DNA of 64,000 nucleotides, from the NCBI GenBank assembly GCA_963781885.1, contig CAWAHW010000002.1, positions 1,498,741 to 1,562,740 of the forward strand, in the 5' to 3' direction. The notes beneath the pieces were generated by a model. It was not told the origin of the DNA and did not search any database. It saw nothing but the letters and a program-made list of their open reading frames with translations. Position numbers and translations under genes: made by a program. How positions within the stretch are numbered: the stretch's first letter is position 1; each line of letters begins with the position of its first letter. The stretch comes from an uncultured Spirochaetota bacterium. GTDB taxonomy: Bacteria > Spirochaetota > Spirochaetia > SZUA-6 > Fen-1364. Below are positions 50,093 through 59,974 of this stretch, piece by piece.

Positions 50093-51070
50093 TCACGCAG
50101 CGAGGAGCTCCCTGATCTCCCTCGCAATGTCCACATGTGTGGGATAGTATGGTTTCTCGAGCGCACTCGATGCCGGCGCCGGCAGGTCCGGCAGCGTGAC
50201 GATCTTCACCGGAGCCTTGAGATACCTGAAGCCATCCGTGACGATAAGCCCGGCGATGGACATTGCCACCCCGCCCGTCCGCCACGTTCCATCGGCAATC
50301 ACGACACGCCCTGTTTTTGCCACGGAACCGAGAATCGTTTCGACGTCCAGCGGCTTCAGACAGCGGATGTCGACGAGCTCGACCCTGCGCCCTTCCCGCG
50401 CAAGATCATCCGCGGCTTTCATCGCTTCCGTCACCATGTACGACGATGCCAGCAGCGTGACATCCGTTCCTGCGCGGAGAATCTTGGCCTTTCCTATCGG
50501 CACGGTGTAGTGTCCCTCCGGCACCTCCCCTTCCATGTCGTACAGCCACCTGTCTTCGATATAAACAACAGGATTGGGTTCCTCGATGGCAGAGATGAGG
50601 AGTCCCTTCGCGTCTTCCGGTGTGGCAGGGACAACCACCTTCAGGCCCGGAATGTGCATGAAAACGGATTGGAGGGCCTGGGAATGCTGCGCCGCCTGCT
50701 CACCTCCGCGGTTGATGATGCCCCGGAGGGTCATCGCGACATGCACGTGTCCCCCCAGGCTGTAGCTCATGATTGCGGCATGATTGCAGATCTGGTCCAT
50801 CGCATAGTGCATGAAATCCATGCGGGGGAAGGAAACGATTGGGTGCATACCGGTCATGCCCGCGCCGATCGCGATGCCCGTGGTGCCATTCTCAGAGACC
50901 GGCGTGTTGATGATCCGATCCTCGCCGAACTCCTCGACAAGTCCCGCCATCGTGTTCCCGACATACCACGGGGTATTGACCCCGACTCCGATGTGGAAGA
51001 CACGGGGATGTGCGCGCATTGTGATCTTGAACGCCTCGTTGATCGCCTCAAAATACTTCATGACTCTCAT
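50093..51070 (-). CDS. TPP-dependent dehydrogenase E1 beta / transketolase C-terminal subunit
   Basis: TPVSE, DQICNHAA, AQHSQ, PGLKVV, PLD..SV.KTG. Confidence 0.88.
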   Translation of the reverse strand: MRVMKYFEAINEAFKITMRAHPRVFHIGVGVNTPWYVGNTMAGLVEEFGEDRIINTPVSENGTTGIAIGAGMTGMHPIVSFPRMDFMHYAMDQICNHAAIMSYSLGGHVHVAMTLRGIINRGGEQAAQHSQALQSVFMHIPGLKVVVPATPEDAKGLLISAIEEPNPVVYIEDRWLYDMEGEVPEGHYTVPIGKAKILRAGTDVTLLASSYMVTEAMKAADDLAREGRRVELVDIRCLKPLDVETILGSVAKTGRVVIADGTWRTGGVAMSIAGLIVTDGFRYLKAPVKIVTLPDLPAPASSALEKPYYPTHVDIAREIRELLAA

Positions 51071-52075
51071 GTGGCGTCCTTTTCCGCGTACAGGCCGAAG
51101 GAAATGTCCGCCGCAGAAGGAGATGCACTCGCCGTGGCAAAGGAGACGCTGTTCGTCACTTCCGCGCGAACCGCCGAATCGAGTGCATCGCAATCAGCCT
51201 GGGTCCATCGCCCTTTCTGGATGAGGAATTCCCGAAGCGCCTTGATCGGGCACCTTTCCATCCAGCGCTCGACATCGGCCTTTTTTCGGAACCCGACATC
51301 GAGTATCCCGCCAGGCACCGACATGGGAATACCAGCGATAGGTCATGCATTCCAGGAAGCCCGGGCCCTTCTCGTTTTTCGCATTCTCGATCATCCGACC
51401 CGCGGCGGTGAAGACCTCCCCGGCATTATTGCCGTCTATTTTTGCGGTATCCACATTAAATGCTTTCATCTTCATGGAGAGATTCTGGTTGGATTGCCTC
51501 ATGGAGATCGGAAGGTGCGTGGAAAAAAGGTTGTTCTCACAGACGAAGATCATCGGGAGACGGTGGAGGGCGGCGAAATTCAGGCTTTCATAGAATACGC
51601 CTTCGTCAGTCGCCCCGTCGCCGAAGAAAGCGACAGAGACCTTTTTTTCCCGATTCATCTTTATCTTCAGGGCGGCACCGACCGCGATCGGGATGGTGCC
51701 TGCGACGATGGCGGAGCTTGCCATGAATCCGGCGTCTGAATCCGTGATGTGCATCGATCCGCCGTGCCCCCCCGAACATCCCGTCTCGCGGCAAAGTATC
51801 TCCGCCATGAGGCCTCGGAGGGAGCCTCCCTTGGCGATATAGTGACCGTGGCTGCGATGCGTGCTGTACGCGTAGTCGTCCGACGTGAGATTTGCGCACA
51901 CCCCGGCGGCGATTCCTTCCTGGCCGATGTAGAGATGGACGGGGCAGATAATGCTCTTTGCATTGAAAAGCTCAATCACGCTTTCTTCAAAGAACCGGAT
52001 GCGGACCATCCTGCGGTAGATATCGGTCAGCTTCTCAAGGGCGACTTTCTCGAAGCATTCGGTATTGATATCCAT
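51067..52075 (-). CDS. TPP-dependent dehydrogenase E1 alpha subunit; frameshift near 51300
   Basis: HLYIGQE, THRSHGH, GGSMH, TPP motif GDGA..CENN, TYRW..H; C-terminus (RCPI) in another frame. Confidence 0.85.
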
Positions 52076-52088
52076 TGCGTCTCCCGGT

Positions 52089-53088
52089 CTACAAATTGTA
52101 GACGTTGCCCTTGTATCTCGAAAGGTTCTCCGGCTTCCTGAACCATTCGATCGTCTCCGTGATCCCCTGCTCCAATGTGTACCGCGGCTTCCACTCCGTC
52201 AGTGAGCAGATCTTCTGATTGCTGCCGAGCAGTCTCTCGACCTCGCTTTTCGCCGGGCGCAGCCTCTCGTCGTCGGTGAGAATATTCACCGTCGGATCGA
52301 TCTGCCGGGAAATCACGGCAACCAGCTCGCGCATCGATATCTCGTGCTGCGTGGCGATATTGATCTCCTGGCCAATTGTCGTTTCTGACTTCGCAATTTC
52401 CATGAAGCCATGGACCGTATCCTTCACATAATTGAAATCCCGCGTGGGATGCAGGCTGCCGAGCTTCAGCGTCTTTTCCCCCGTGAGGAGCTGGACAATG
52501 ATCGTCGGAATGATCGCACGCGCCGATTGCCGGGGCCCATAGGTGTTGAACGGTCTCACGATCGTCACGGGAAGATCGAAGCTTCTCCAGAAGCTCTCCG
52601 CCATCCTGTCCGCGCCAATCTTTGTCGCGGAGTAGGGCGATTGACCCTGGAAGGGATGCTTCTCGTCGATGGGGACGTACTGCGCCGTTCCGTACACCTC
52701 CGATGTGGAGGTCACCAGCACGCGTTTCACCCCGTGCTCGCGCGCTGCCTGCAGCACATTCAGCGTGCCCTTGATATTCGTTTCAACGTAGCTGTCGGGC
52801 GCATGGTAGCTGAACGGGATCGCGATCAACGCGGCAAGATGAAAGACGATATCGACTCCCTCGACTGCCTGCCGCACCATTTGAGAATCGCGGATATCGG
52901 CCGGGAGCACCTCGATGCGGTCACGAGCGTCCCGCGGCAGGGTATCGAGCCAGCCCCATGCATTCGAGGGAGTTGTAATGGACGAGGGCGCGAACGCGGC
53001 AGCCTGCTTCCTGCAGTCCTTCCACGAGGTGACTGCCGATGAAGCCGCCGGCGCCCGTCACGAGAGCTTTTTTTCCCTCAAGGCCCAT
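52089..53088 (-). CDS. NAD-dependent NDP-sugar 4,6-dehydratase (LegB-like); frameshift near 52967
   Basis: LVTGAGGFIGSHL, HYNS..WGWLD, HLAALIAIP.SY, TSTSEVYG, QSPYSATKIGAD, RPFNTYGPRQSARA. Confidence 0.85.
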
Positions 53089-53130
53089 GGTTGCCCTTCC
53101 CGCTCATTTCCTTGTTCCCTTCCGCATTCT

Positions 53131-54152
53131 CTACTCCGCCTCGATCTCGACAGGCGCCCCGCCCTTCCGCATCGATTGCTCCGCGGCCTCCAGCGTCCTG
53201 ACGATATGAAGCCCCTCCCTGCCTCCCACGCGCGGCCTTTCGCCCTTCATGACGCAATTGACAAAATGCATCGCCTCGGCGCGCAGGGCTTCCGTGGCGT
53301 CAAATTGGGGGATCCAGATATCGCCGGTGCGTCGATATGCAAGGGGCATGCCCTGCTCGCCGACCCTCGATTCCTCACCGACAATTCCCCGATCGTAGAT
53401 CCGTATTTTTTCCGTCACATCGAGGTCGTCAAAGACGATCATCTTTTTTGAGCCGGCGATGAGTGTCTTGCGAATCTTGATGGGCGACAGCCAATTCACG
53501 TGCAGGTGCGCGATGAAGTTGCTGCGGTATGTCAACGTCAAGTAGGCGACGTTCGACCGGCTGGCCCGCGATATGGGCGGATCCGATGCAGGACACCTCG
53601 CGCGGTTTTTCCCCGACCCAGCATGCCAGTATCGACAGGTCGTGCACGGCAAGATCCCAGACGACATTCACATCACGCTGGAAGTTTCCGAGATTGATCC
53701 GCACTGAGTCGTAGTAGTAGAGATCGCCCAGGGTCCCGGCGGCAATGAGATCGCTCACCTTCGTCACCGCACCCATGAAGACGAACGTGTGGTCCACGGC
53801 AAGCACACGCCCGGCCTTCTCGGCCTCCGCGAGAATACGCCCGGCGTCCACGCTGCTCATGGCCATGGGCTTTTCCACGAGGACATGTTTTCCCGCCCTT
53901 AAGGCGCGAATCGCGAGATCGGCATGCGATGCGACGGGCGTTGCCACAACGAGCGCATCCACGTCCCTGCTGCGCAGGACCTCGTCAAAATCAGAACGTC
54001 AGGGCTGCCTGCGGATGCCGAGCCCTTGCTTTTTGCAGGGACAACGGGCTCTTGTCACAAATGACGGCGACTTCCGCCCCCTCTATTTCCGCGAAGTTCC
54101 TTGCGAGATTCGGACCCCAGTAACCGTACCCGACAATTGCTATTTTCACCAT
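53131..54152 (-). CDS. Gfo/Idh/MocA oxidoreductase (WbpB-like); frameshifts near 54033, 53996 and 53555
   Basis: VGYGYWGPNLARN, HVLVEKP, DHTF, RINLG, WDLAVHD, WLSPIKIR across three segments. Confidence 0.8.
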
Positions 54153-54170
54153 GCGTATCCGTGACTCCCT

Positions 54171-54659
54171 TCAGCGGATGGAATCGATGTTTTCCCTGAT
54201 CAGCCGGGCGGGGCAGCCCGCGACAACGGCGTTGTCGGCCACGTCTTTCGTGACGACCGCCCCTGCGCCGACCATCGCGTGCTTGCCGATGGAGACGCCG
54301 CAGAGAATGACGCTCCCGCTGCCGATCGAGGCGCCCTCGAGGACTCGTGTCCGTATCAGCTTCCAGTCCGCGGGAGTCTGCAGGCTTCCGTCCGACGTTG
54401 TTGCCCTCGGATAGCGGTCATTGATGAACACGACGCCGTGGCCGACAAATACATTGTCCCCGATCTCCACACCTTCGCAGACAAAGGTGTGCGATGAGAT
54501 CTTGCAGCGGCGGCCTATCCTGACATCCCGCTGGATTTCGACGAATGCGCCAATCTTGGATTCGTCCCCGATCTCACATTCATAGAGGTTGACCAGCTCC
54601 GGCTGGAAAATCCTGACGTCTTTCCCCAGTGTCACATCGACTACCGGGATGACACGCAC
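54171..54659 (-). CDS. Hexapeptide-repeat N-acetyltransferase (WbpD-like)
   Basis: VNLYECEIG, KISSHTFVCEGV, FINDRYPR, GAGAVVTKDV..GCPA. Confidence 0.88.
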   Translation of the reverse strand: MRVIPVVDVTLGKDVRIFQPELVNLYECEIGDESKIGAFVEIQRDVRIGRRCKISSHTFVCEGVEIGDNVFVGHGVVFINDRYPRATTSDGSLQTPADWKLIRTRVLEGASIGSGSVILCGVSIGKHAMVGAGAVVTKDVADNAVVAGCPARLIRENIDSIR

Positions 54660-54660
54660 C

Positions 54661-55782
54661 TCATGAGCGCGATTCCGATCCGCGAATCACGTCGCAGACG
54701 CGCTCTACCTCATCCTCGCTCATACCGGGGTGGAGCGGCAGCGAGACGAGAGTGTCCGCGAGCCTCTCGGAAACGGGCATGCTCATGCCGTTGCATGCCG
54801 CGTAGGCTTTTTGCTTGTGGATGGGAAGCGGGTAGTGGTAACCGAATTGGACGCCCGCCGCCTGCAAGGATGCGACAAGCTTCTCCCGACCCGCGGTGCT
54901 CAGACAGCGGTACTCGAAAAGGTGGTAGACAGGGGTCGCACCCGGCGTGCGGCTCTGAATGCGGTCCTGATCGAGACGGGTCGCATACCGGTCCGCGACA
55001 GACAATCGCGCCGTGTTGAACGCGTCAACGTGGGACAACAGGATGCCGAGCACCCGCGCCTGGATGCTGTCAAGGCGTCCATTATACCCGATCACATCAT
55101 GATAGTAGCGCCGGTCGGACTGACCCTGCTCGACGTACATGCGCACGCATCGGGCAATTTCCGGATCGTTTGTGAGCACCGCGCCACCCTGGCCGAATGC
55201 GCCGAGATTTTTCGCCGGATAGAAGCTCACACCCGCGGCGACACCGAAGCTCCCCGTTCGTCGTTCTCCCAGGCGTGCCCCGATCGCCTGAGCGTTGTCT
55301 TCGATTATTTTCACGCCGTAGCCCGCGGACAGCGACATGATCTGCTCCATCGGGCAGGGGTTCCCGTAGAGATGGACCGGGATGATGAATGATGCAGCCC
55401 CTTTCTTCATCACCGATTCGGCGGCGTCCAGATCGATCAGGAACGACTGCGGGTCGCAGTCGACGAACAGCGGCGTCCCGCCCGCGTGCACGACGGCGTT
55501 GGCCGATGCAATGTAGCTGTTGGCGGGAACGATGACGCCGTCGCCTTTTTTGATACCGGAGGCGATGAGTGACAGCGTGAGGGCCATCGTCCCGTCGCTG
55601 CAGCCGATCGCGTGGCGGACGCCGCAGAAATCAGCCAGCGACTTCTCGAATGCCTCGAGCGGCTCGCCGCCTACAAACGCGCCGCGGTGTATCAGCTGGG
55701 AAATCCCGTCAATGAGCTCTTTCTCGAATTGCTGATACTGGGCGGGAATGTCGACAAATTTGACAGCAGCGTTCTCAGCCAT
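54661..55782 (-). CDS. DegT-family aminotransferase (WbpE-like)
   Basis: PVHLYG, EDNAQ, SFYPAKNLGAFG, NGRLD, HYP.P.H.Q. Confidence 0.9.
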   Translation of the reverse strand: MAENAAVKFVDIPAQYQQFEKELIDGISQLIHRGAFVGGEPLEAFEKSLADFCGVRHAIGCSDGTMALTLSLIASGIKKGDGVIVPANSYIASANAVVHAGGTPLFVDCDPQSFLIDLDAAESVMKKGAASFIIPVHLYGNPCPMEQIMSLSAGYGVKIIEDNAQAIGARLGERRTGSFGVAAGVSFYPAKNLGAFGQGGAVLTNDPEIARCVRMYVEQGQSDRRYYHDVIGYNGRLDSIQARVLGILLSHVDAFNTARLSVADRYATRLDQDRIQSRTPGATPVYHLFEYRCLSTAGREKLVASLQAAGVQFGYHYPLPIHKQKAYAACNGMSMPVSERLADTLVSLPLHPGMSEDEVERVCDVIRGSESRS

Positions 55783-56563
55783 TTTTCCCTGCCTGCCTTT
55801 GTTTCTGCTCGTTGGAAAGCTGCATGTAGTCCCACAAAGGCGAAGGATACGTACGCCTCAGTATCTCTATGTTCTGCATGACGCAGTGGCCGCCGATGAC
55901 GCCCGGGAACTTCCCCTCGATCCTGAAATCCTCTGCCCCGAGCCTTGTAAAGGACATGAGCTCATCGAAGGAGATGCCTGTCCTTTGGCCAAGGCGCTCG
56001 ATTTCCTGGGTCCAGACAATGAGATAGCCGAAGAAAGTCGTTGCGAGCAGCTTGGAGAGCTCCCCTGCCAGCGTGCTCGATAGCCGGATCACCTTGTCGG
56101 GCGGATGTCCCATCGCCACAAGCACGGCGCGCGCTTTCGCAAAGGCTGCGTCTGACTTCGTCGCTACGAACTTGGGGTACATCAACATATCCCTCATCAT
56201 GTTGCCGCCGCGGTGTTTTCCATGCACCTGCGTGTGGACGACGCGGTCTTCTCCCAGCCGCGTGATGAGCTCGTCCGTTCGGCCCGGTTCCGCCGAGGAG
56301 TGCACAAGCACGATTTCGGGCTGGTACTTTTCGAAGTTGTGAATGACGGTGGGCGTGAAATCGGACAGGCTGCCCGGAATTGCAACATGAAGGGCGGCGA
56401 CCGGAAAACGCGGCTCCGCGGGAACGCCAAGCTTGATATCCACCGGGATGACCTGCTCAAAGGCGCTGAGCGAGAGGCGATAGATCGGCGTGCCGATTTC
56501 CCCACATCCGACAACCACGATTGTTTTTGCGTCCAGGATCACTCCCTCCCCCCCTTCATGCAT
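55775..56563 (-). CDS. Short UDP-glucose/GDP-mannose dehydrogenase-like protein
   Basis: VVGCGEIG, VHSS..PG, ELSKL, catalytic PGVIGGHC; no C-terminal UDP-binding domain. Confidence 0.65.
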   Translation of the reverse strand: MHEGGEGVILDAKTIVVVGCGEIGTPIYRLSLSAFEQVIPVDIKLGVPAEPRFPVAALHVAIPGSLSDFTPTVIHNFEKYQPEIVLVHSSAEPGRTDELITRLGEDRVVHTQVHGKHRGGNMMRDMLMYPKFVATKSDAAFAKARAVLVAMGHPPDKVIRLSSTLAGELSKLLATTFFGYLIVWTQEIERLGQRTGISFDELMSFTRLGAEDFRIEGKFPGVIGGHCVMQNIEILRRTYPSPLWDYMQLSNEQKQRQAGKNG

Positions 56564-56618
56564 GAGAGCTGTGTCGAGGCATCCTGCATTGAATCCGATC
56601 GTTCGCGAGGCGGATGAC

Positions 56619-57215
56619 TCATGGGCGCTGCCCGGGCGATCGTTGCTCTGAGCCTTCGATCGTCCCGCCCACTATTTCCTGGAGGAACGCCGCCCCCGGT
56701 CGCAGGAGCTTTTCCTCTTCATCGGGTATATGCCGCTCCGAATACAACATGAACAGGGTGTCATCTTTCTGTCCCGCCGCATCGACTCTGCGGTCTTCGC
56801 GCACGTACTCGATCCCGAAGGTCCCGCAGGCATGTTCGACGATGAAATCGAGATCGCTCATGCCCACGAGCACGAGACTGCGGAAGCCTCGCGCTTTCAC
56901 GTCCTGGACGAAACCCTCGATCGACTCGCGGTAGTAGACGATATTCCTGATCGTGCGCTTGACGAAGCGGTAGCTCCGCCGTGCGATCTGCTCGAGCCCC
57001 GCGGGAGACACCGCATACATGATGTTGCGATTGTTTACTTTCCTGATCTTGAGCCAGCCCTTTGTCGCCAGGCGTTTGACGATGGAGTTTGTCATGCCCA
57101 GCGAAAGACCGGCGATTTTCGCCAGATCACGTTGTCGGACGTGGTCCGAGTGCAAATAGATGTTCTCGAGGATAGTGAGCTCAGAATCGGAAGTTTCTTG
57201 GTTGTTTGCCATCAC
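56619..57215 (-). CDS. Winged-HTH (MarR-like, EPS-associated) transcriptional regulator
   Basis: QRDLAKIAGLSLGMTNSIVKRLATKGW...Y.VSPAG; first gene of the polysaccharide operon. Confidence 0.85.
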   Translation of the reverse strand: MMANNQETSDSELTILENIYLHSDHVRQRDLAKIAGLSLGMTNSIVKRLATKGWLKIRKVNNRNIMYAVSPAGLEQIARRSYRFVKRTIRNIVYYRESIEGFVQDVKARGFRSLVLVGMSDLDFIVEHACGTFGIEYVREDRRVDAAGQKDDTLFMLYSERHIPDEEEKLLRPGAAFLQEIVGGTIEGSEQRSPGQRP

Positions 57216-57365
57216 TTATTTTTGAGTTATTAGAGATATCCTCCAAGATTTCTTTCACCAACAGCCAAAAACCTCATCTCACTGGTCGCGGCCGAAACAC
57301 GCTCTACCAAGCGACATATGAGTCTGCCACGGCAGCAGCTCATCTGCGATGCGCCGCCCTCAGAA

Positions 57366-57409
57366 TGTTCAGTCGATGAACACTATACCACATTTTCCCG
57401 TATTGTCAA
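57366..57409 (-). promoter_or_regulatory. Polysaccharide-operon promoter with perfect inverted-repeat operator
   Basis: TTGACA(57409-04)-N16-TATAGT(57387-82, extended TG); TGTTCA-N5-TGAACA at 57366-57382 over the expected start site. Confidence 0.7.
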
Positions 57410-57650
57410 TTTGATTGTATAACAAATTTCTGTTCAAGTGCAGAACATTATAGAAATCCCCGACCGAACGCATGATGAGACCGGGGAAGCACGGTGCGCC
57501 TGTAGGACGCTATTCTTCGACGTGATTTCACGATGTCGAATGCTTGACGTGTCGACTTGCGGAATCGTAGACTCCAACCTGTCGATTTCGGGGCCGTTCC
57601 TCTGTGATTTGCATGCTCCCGAACGACAGAACCAGGACAAGCCGCAACTG

Positions 57651-58109
57651 ATGGAAACAAAAAAAACACGGCTATCCGGCGCTCTGCAAAATCTGTCGCA
57701 TTCCTTTGTTGTTCGATCGATAAAGAGGTTGTTTTTTGACAAAGCCTTTCTGCGTTTCGCTGCTGTCGGCCTTGCGAACACCGCCGTGGGGTTCTCCCTA
57801 ATAGTCTTTGCCATGTACGTGCTTCAGTTGAACTATGCTCTGGCGAATGTCGCCGGCTACGCCGTTGGACTCGTCATGAGCTACTTCCTGAACAGGTACT
57901 GGACATTCAGGTCAAGAGGGAAGATGCGCACGGAAATGCCAAGGTTCCTTGCCGTTTTTGCCGGCTCGTACCTGGTTCAGTTCCTGCTCGTGATTGCGAT
58001 GCGTGAACACCTGAGATTCGACAAGCTCGTCGCTCAAGCCGTCGGCATCGCCGCGTTCACTTTATGTTCGTATCTGGGCCACAGGCTCTGGACTTATGCA
58101 GCGGCATAG
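57651..58109 (+). CDS. GtrA family protein
   Basis: FLRFAAVGLANT, ANV.GY, SYFLNRYWTF, four TM segments. Confidence 0.88.
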   Translation: METKKTRLSGALQNLSHSFVVRSIKRLFFDKAFLRFAAVGLANTAVGFSLIVFAMYVLQLNYALANVAGYAVGLVMSYFLNRYWTFRSRGKMRTEMPRFLAVFAGSYLVQFLLVIAMREHLRFDKLVAQAVGIAAFTLCSYLGHRLWTYAAA

Positions 58110-58169
58110 GATACTTGTGACGTCCAGCACTTCGTATTGGACGCCAGAATCGCGAAGGATGGTGCGGGA

Positions 58170-59945
58170 ATGACGAGAATTGCCGGCTTGATCAGGTCAG
58201 CCGCAGAGAAAGCAATCAGCCTATCTGCTTCTTTGCACATCGACAAATACTGGTTTCTCACGATTGTCATCGTGGTGTGTGTTCTTCTTGCGCTCGTGAT
58301 CTTTCGTCTGGCGAACAGGGATCTGTTCATTCGCCTGGGAAAACATCTTCTCGGCCTCTCGCGCACAATCGCGTCCTCGTTTCACCTCAATGTGAACAAG
58401 ATCATCATTGCTGTTCTTGCGTTATTCATGTTTTCCCAGTTCTGCTATCTGACATATACCCTCGCCCAGAACGCTGACAGCTGGCCCATCGTCAGTGCGA
58501 CCGACAACGATGCGGCGAATGCGATCCGGGTTTCGGAAAGATCTTTCTGGCTCAAGAACAATGGCTTTGTCGCCTATGGCAACCTGTACTTCAATATCTC
58601 CCACACGATCGCCCTCCTGAATCCTCTTGTCGCCGGCGATCGGTCCAACCCTATTTCCCTGCCCAATAACGTTGGCAATCATTTCGCAATGATGATGGTT
58701 TCCCTGCTCAGCATGTACGGCCTTGCATTCGTCATTTCGCTGATTATCGCGAAATCCGTGGCCTCGCGACTGTTGTCCGTGTTTGTGCTGATGAGCATAT
58801 TCACAAAGAACATCTACTGGACGACATGGTTGCTGCGGGCCCATCCTGACCTGCTTCTTTCCTTCATGCTCGCCCTGGCTTTCTTCCTCACCATCAAATA
58901 TCTCATCACCCACGTCGACGCCTATTTCTACGCGTCGGCAATAGGCTGGGGCCTGGCTCTTGGTACAAAGCTTTCGGCGCTCTATTTCTTTCCGATGCTT
59001 CTTTTTCTCTTCATTCCCCCTTTTCGCAAGACGCAGTTTGTCAGGCTGCTGCGGTTTTTTCTCATCGCCCTCGTGACATACATCCTCATCGGATTCCCGC
59101 AGAATCTGCTCGTCTATCGTCAGCTGGTCTTTTTGAAAGGAATGAGCGATCTCACGCTCCCGGCGACTCTTGGATCGACAACCGAAATGCTGTCGTACCT
59201 TTTCAACCAGATGATCTACCTTCTCGGTGCGATTGTCGTCCTGAGGATCATTTTCCATTTTTTCGAGGAGAGATCGTCGTACAAAATCGACTCTGCGGTC
59301 GTCATCCGTGCGTGCGTCATTGTTCTCTTCCCGATCATCCTCCTGGTCGCCAAGAAGCCTCTTTTCCCCCATGAGCACTATACCCTGCCCTTCGCGGCGT
59401 GCGTCGCCGTTCTTGTTGCGTTTTTCATGTATGAAGTGACACGATTCCTCCCGACGAAAAATGGTCGCGGGACGGCCGGCAAAGCCGTCATCATTGCGTG
59501 CGCGCTCGCTTCTGCGTTCTTTCTGGGTCTCACGCCGAATGCACTTTCCCACGCTCTCGCCGACCAGACACAAGGCAGAGCAGAAGCACGCGCCGTCATG
59601 ACGGAAGTCGCGAAATATCAGAAGAGCGCAAAAACAATACTCGTCGATCCGTATGTCCCGTATGACGAAAACCTGGGGTACGTCAGCGCCTCCTTCGATC
59701 GAAGCAGCAGTGATATCAAGCCCGGATCGGCCGACGTACTGGTATTCAATCGAACCTACTTCCAGCGCTTCCTTGACGATCCGCCAACACCGTACGTGCA
59801 AAGCGCTCCGGGCTGGAAGGACACGCGCGATTTCTACAGGCTGTTTGCCGGAAAGGAAAAGGTAGTCGACCCGTACGGAGACGCGTGGCAGAAAGCGTAC
59901 TCCAGCGCGACGGGCTGCGAAATATGGCTGTTACAGAAGCAGTAA
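58170..59945 (+). CDS. GT-C fold membrane glycosyltransferase-like protein
   Basis: Polytopic; TDND loop after early TMs, HPD, GLALGTK, soluble C-terminal domain; adjacent to gtrA. Confidence 0.6.
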   Translation: MTRIAGLIRSAAEKAISLSASLHIDKYWFLTIVIVVCVLLALVIFRLANRDLFIRLGKHLLGLSRTIASSFHLNVNKIIIAVLALFMFSQFCYLTYTLAQNADSWPIVSATDNDAANAIRVSERSFWLKNNGFVAYGNLYFNISHTIALLNPLVAGDRSNPISLPNNVGNHFAMMMVSLLSMYGLAFVISLIIAKSVASRLLSVFVLMSIFTKNIYWTTWLLRAHPDLLLSFMLALAFFLTIKYLITHVDAYFYASAIGWGLALGTKLSALYFFPMLLFLFIPPFRKTQFVRLLRFFLIALVTYILIGFPQNLLVYRQLVFLKGMSDLTLPATLGSTTEMLSYLFNQMIYLLGAIVVLRIIFHFFEERSSYKIDSAVVIRACVIVLFPIILLVAKKPLFPHEHYTLPFAACVAVLVAFFMYEVTRFLPTKNGRGTAGKAVIIACALASAFFLGLTPNALSHALADQTQGRAEARAVMTEVAKYQKSAKTILVDPYVPYDENLGYVSASFDRSSSDIKPGSADVLVFNRTYFQRFLDDPPTPYVQSAPGWKDTRDFYRLFAGKEKVVDPYGDAWQKAYSSATGCEIWLLQKQ

Positions 59946-59974
59946 TTCCGGCGCGCGTCAGGCGGAGCGCTTTT

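Noticed and set aside
50135-51739. Long antisense ORFs (also 5805-7520, 8831-10282, 38570-40021, 58422-59801)
   Set aside because: Shadow frames of well-supported genes in GC-rich DNA; no recognisable motifs
48179-53088. Legionaminic acid pathway or a central pyruvate dehydrogenase
   Set aside because: No NeuB/NeuA/hydrolysing NeuC and no E2/E3 genes in the locus
57295-57320. tRNA-like D-loop string (minus strand CTTGGTAGAGCG)
   Set aside because: No T-loop GTTCRA or acceptor stem at the proper spacing
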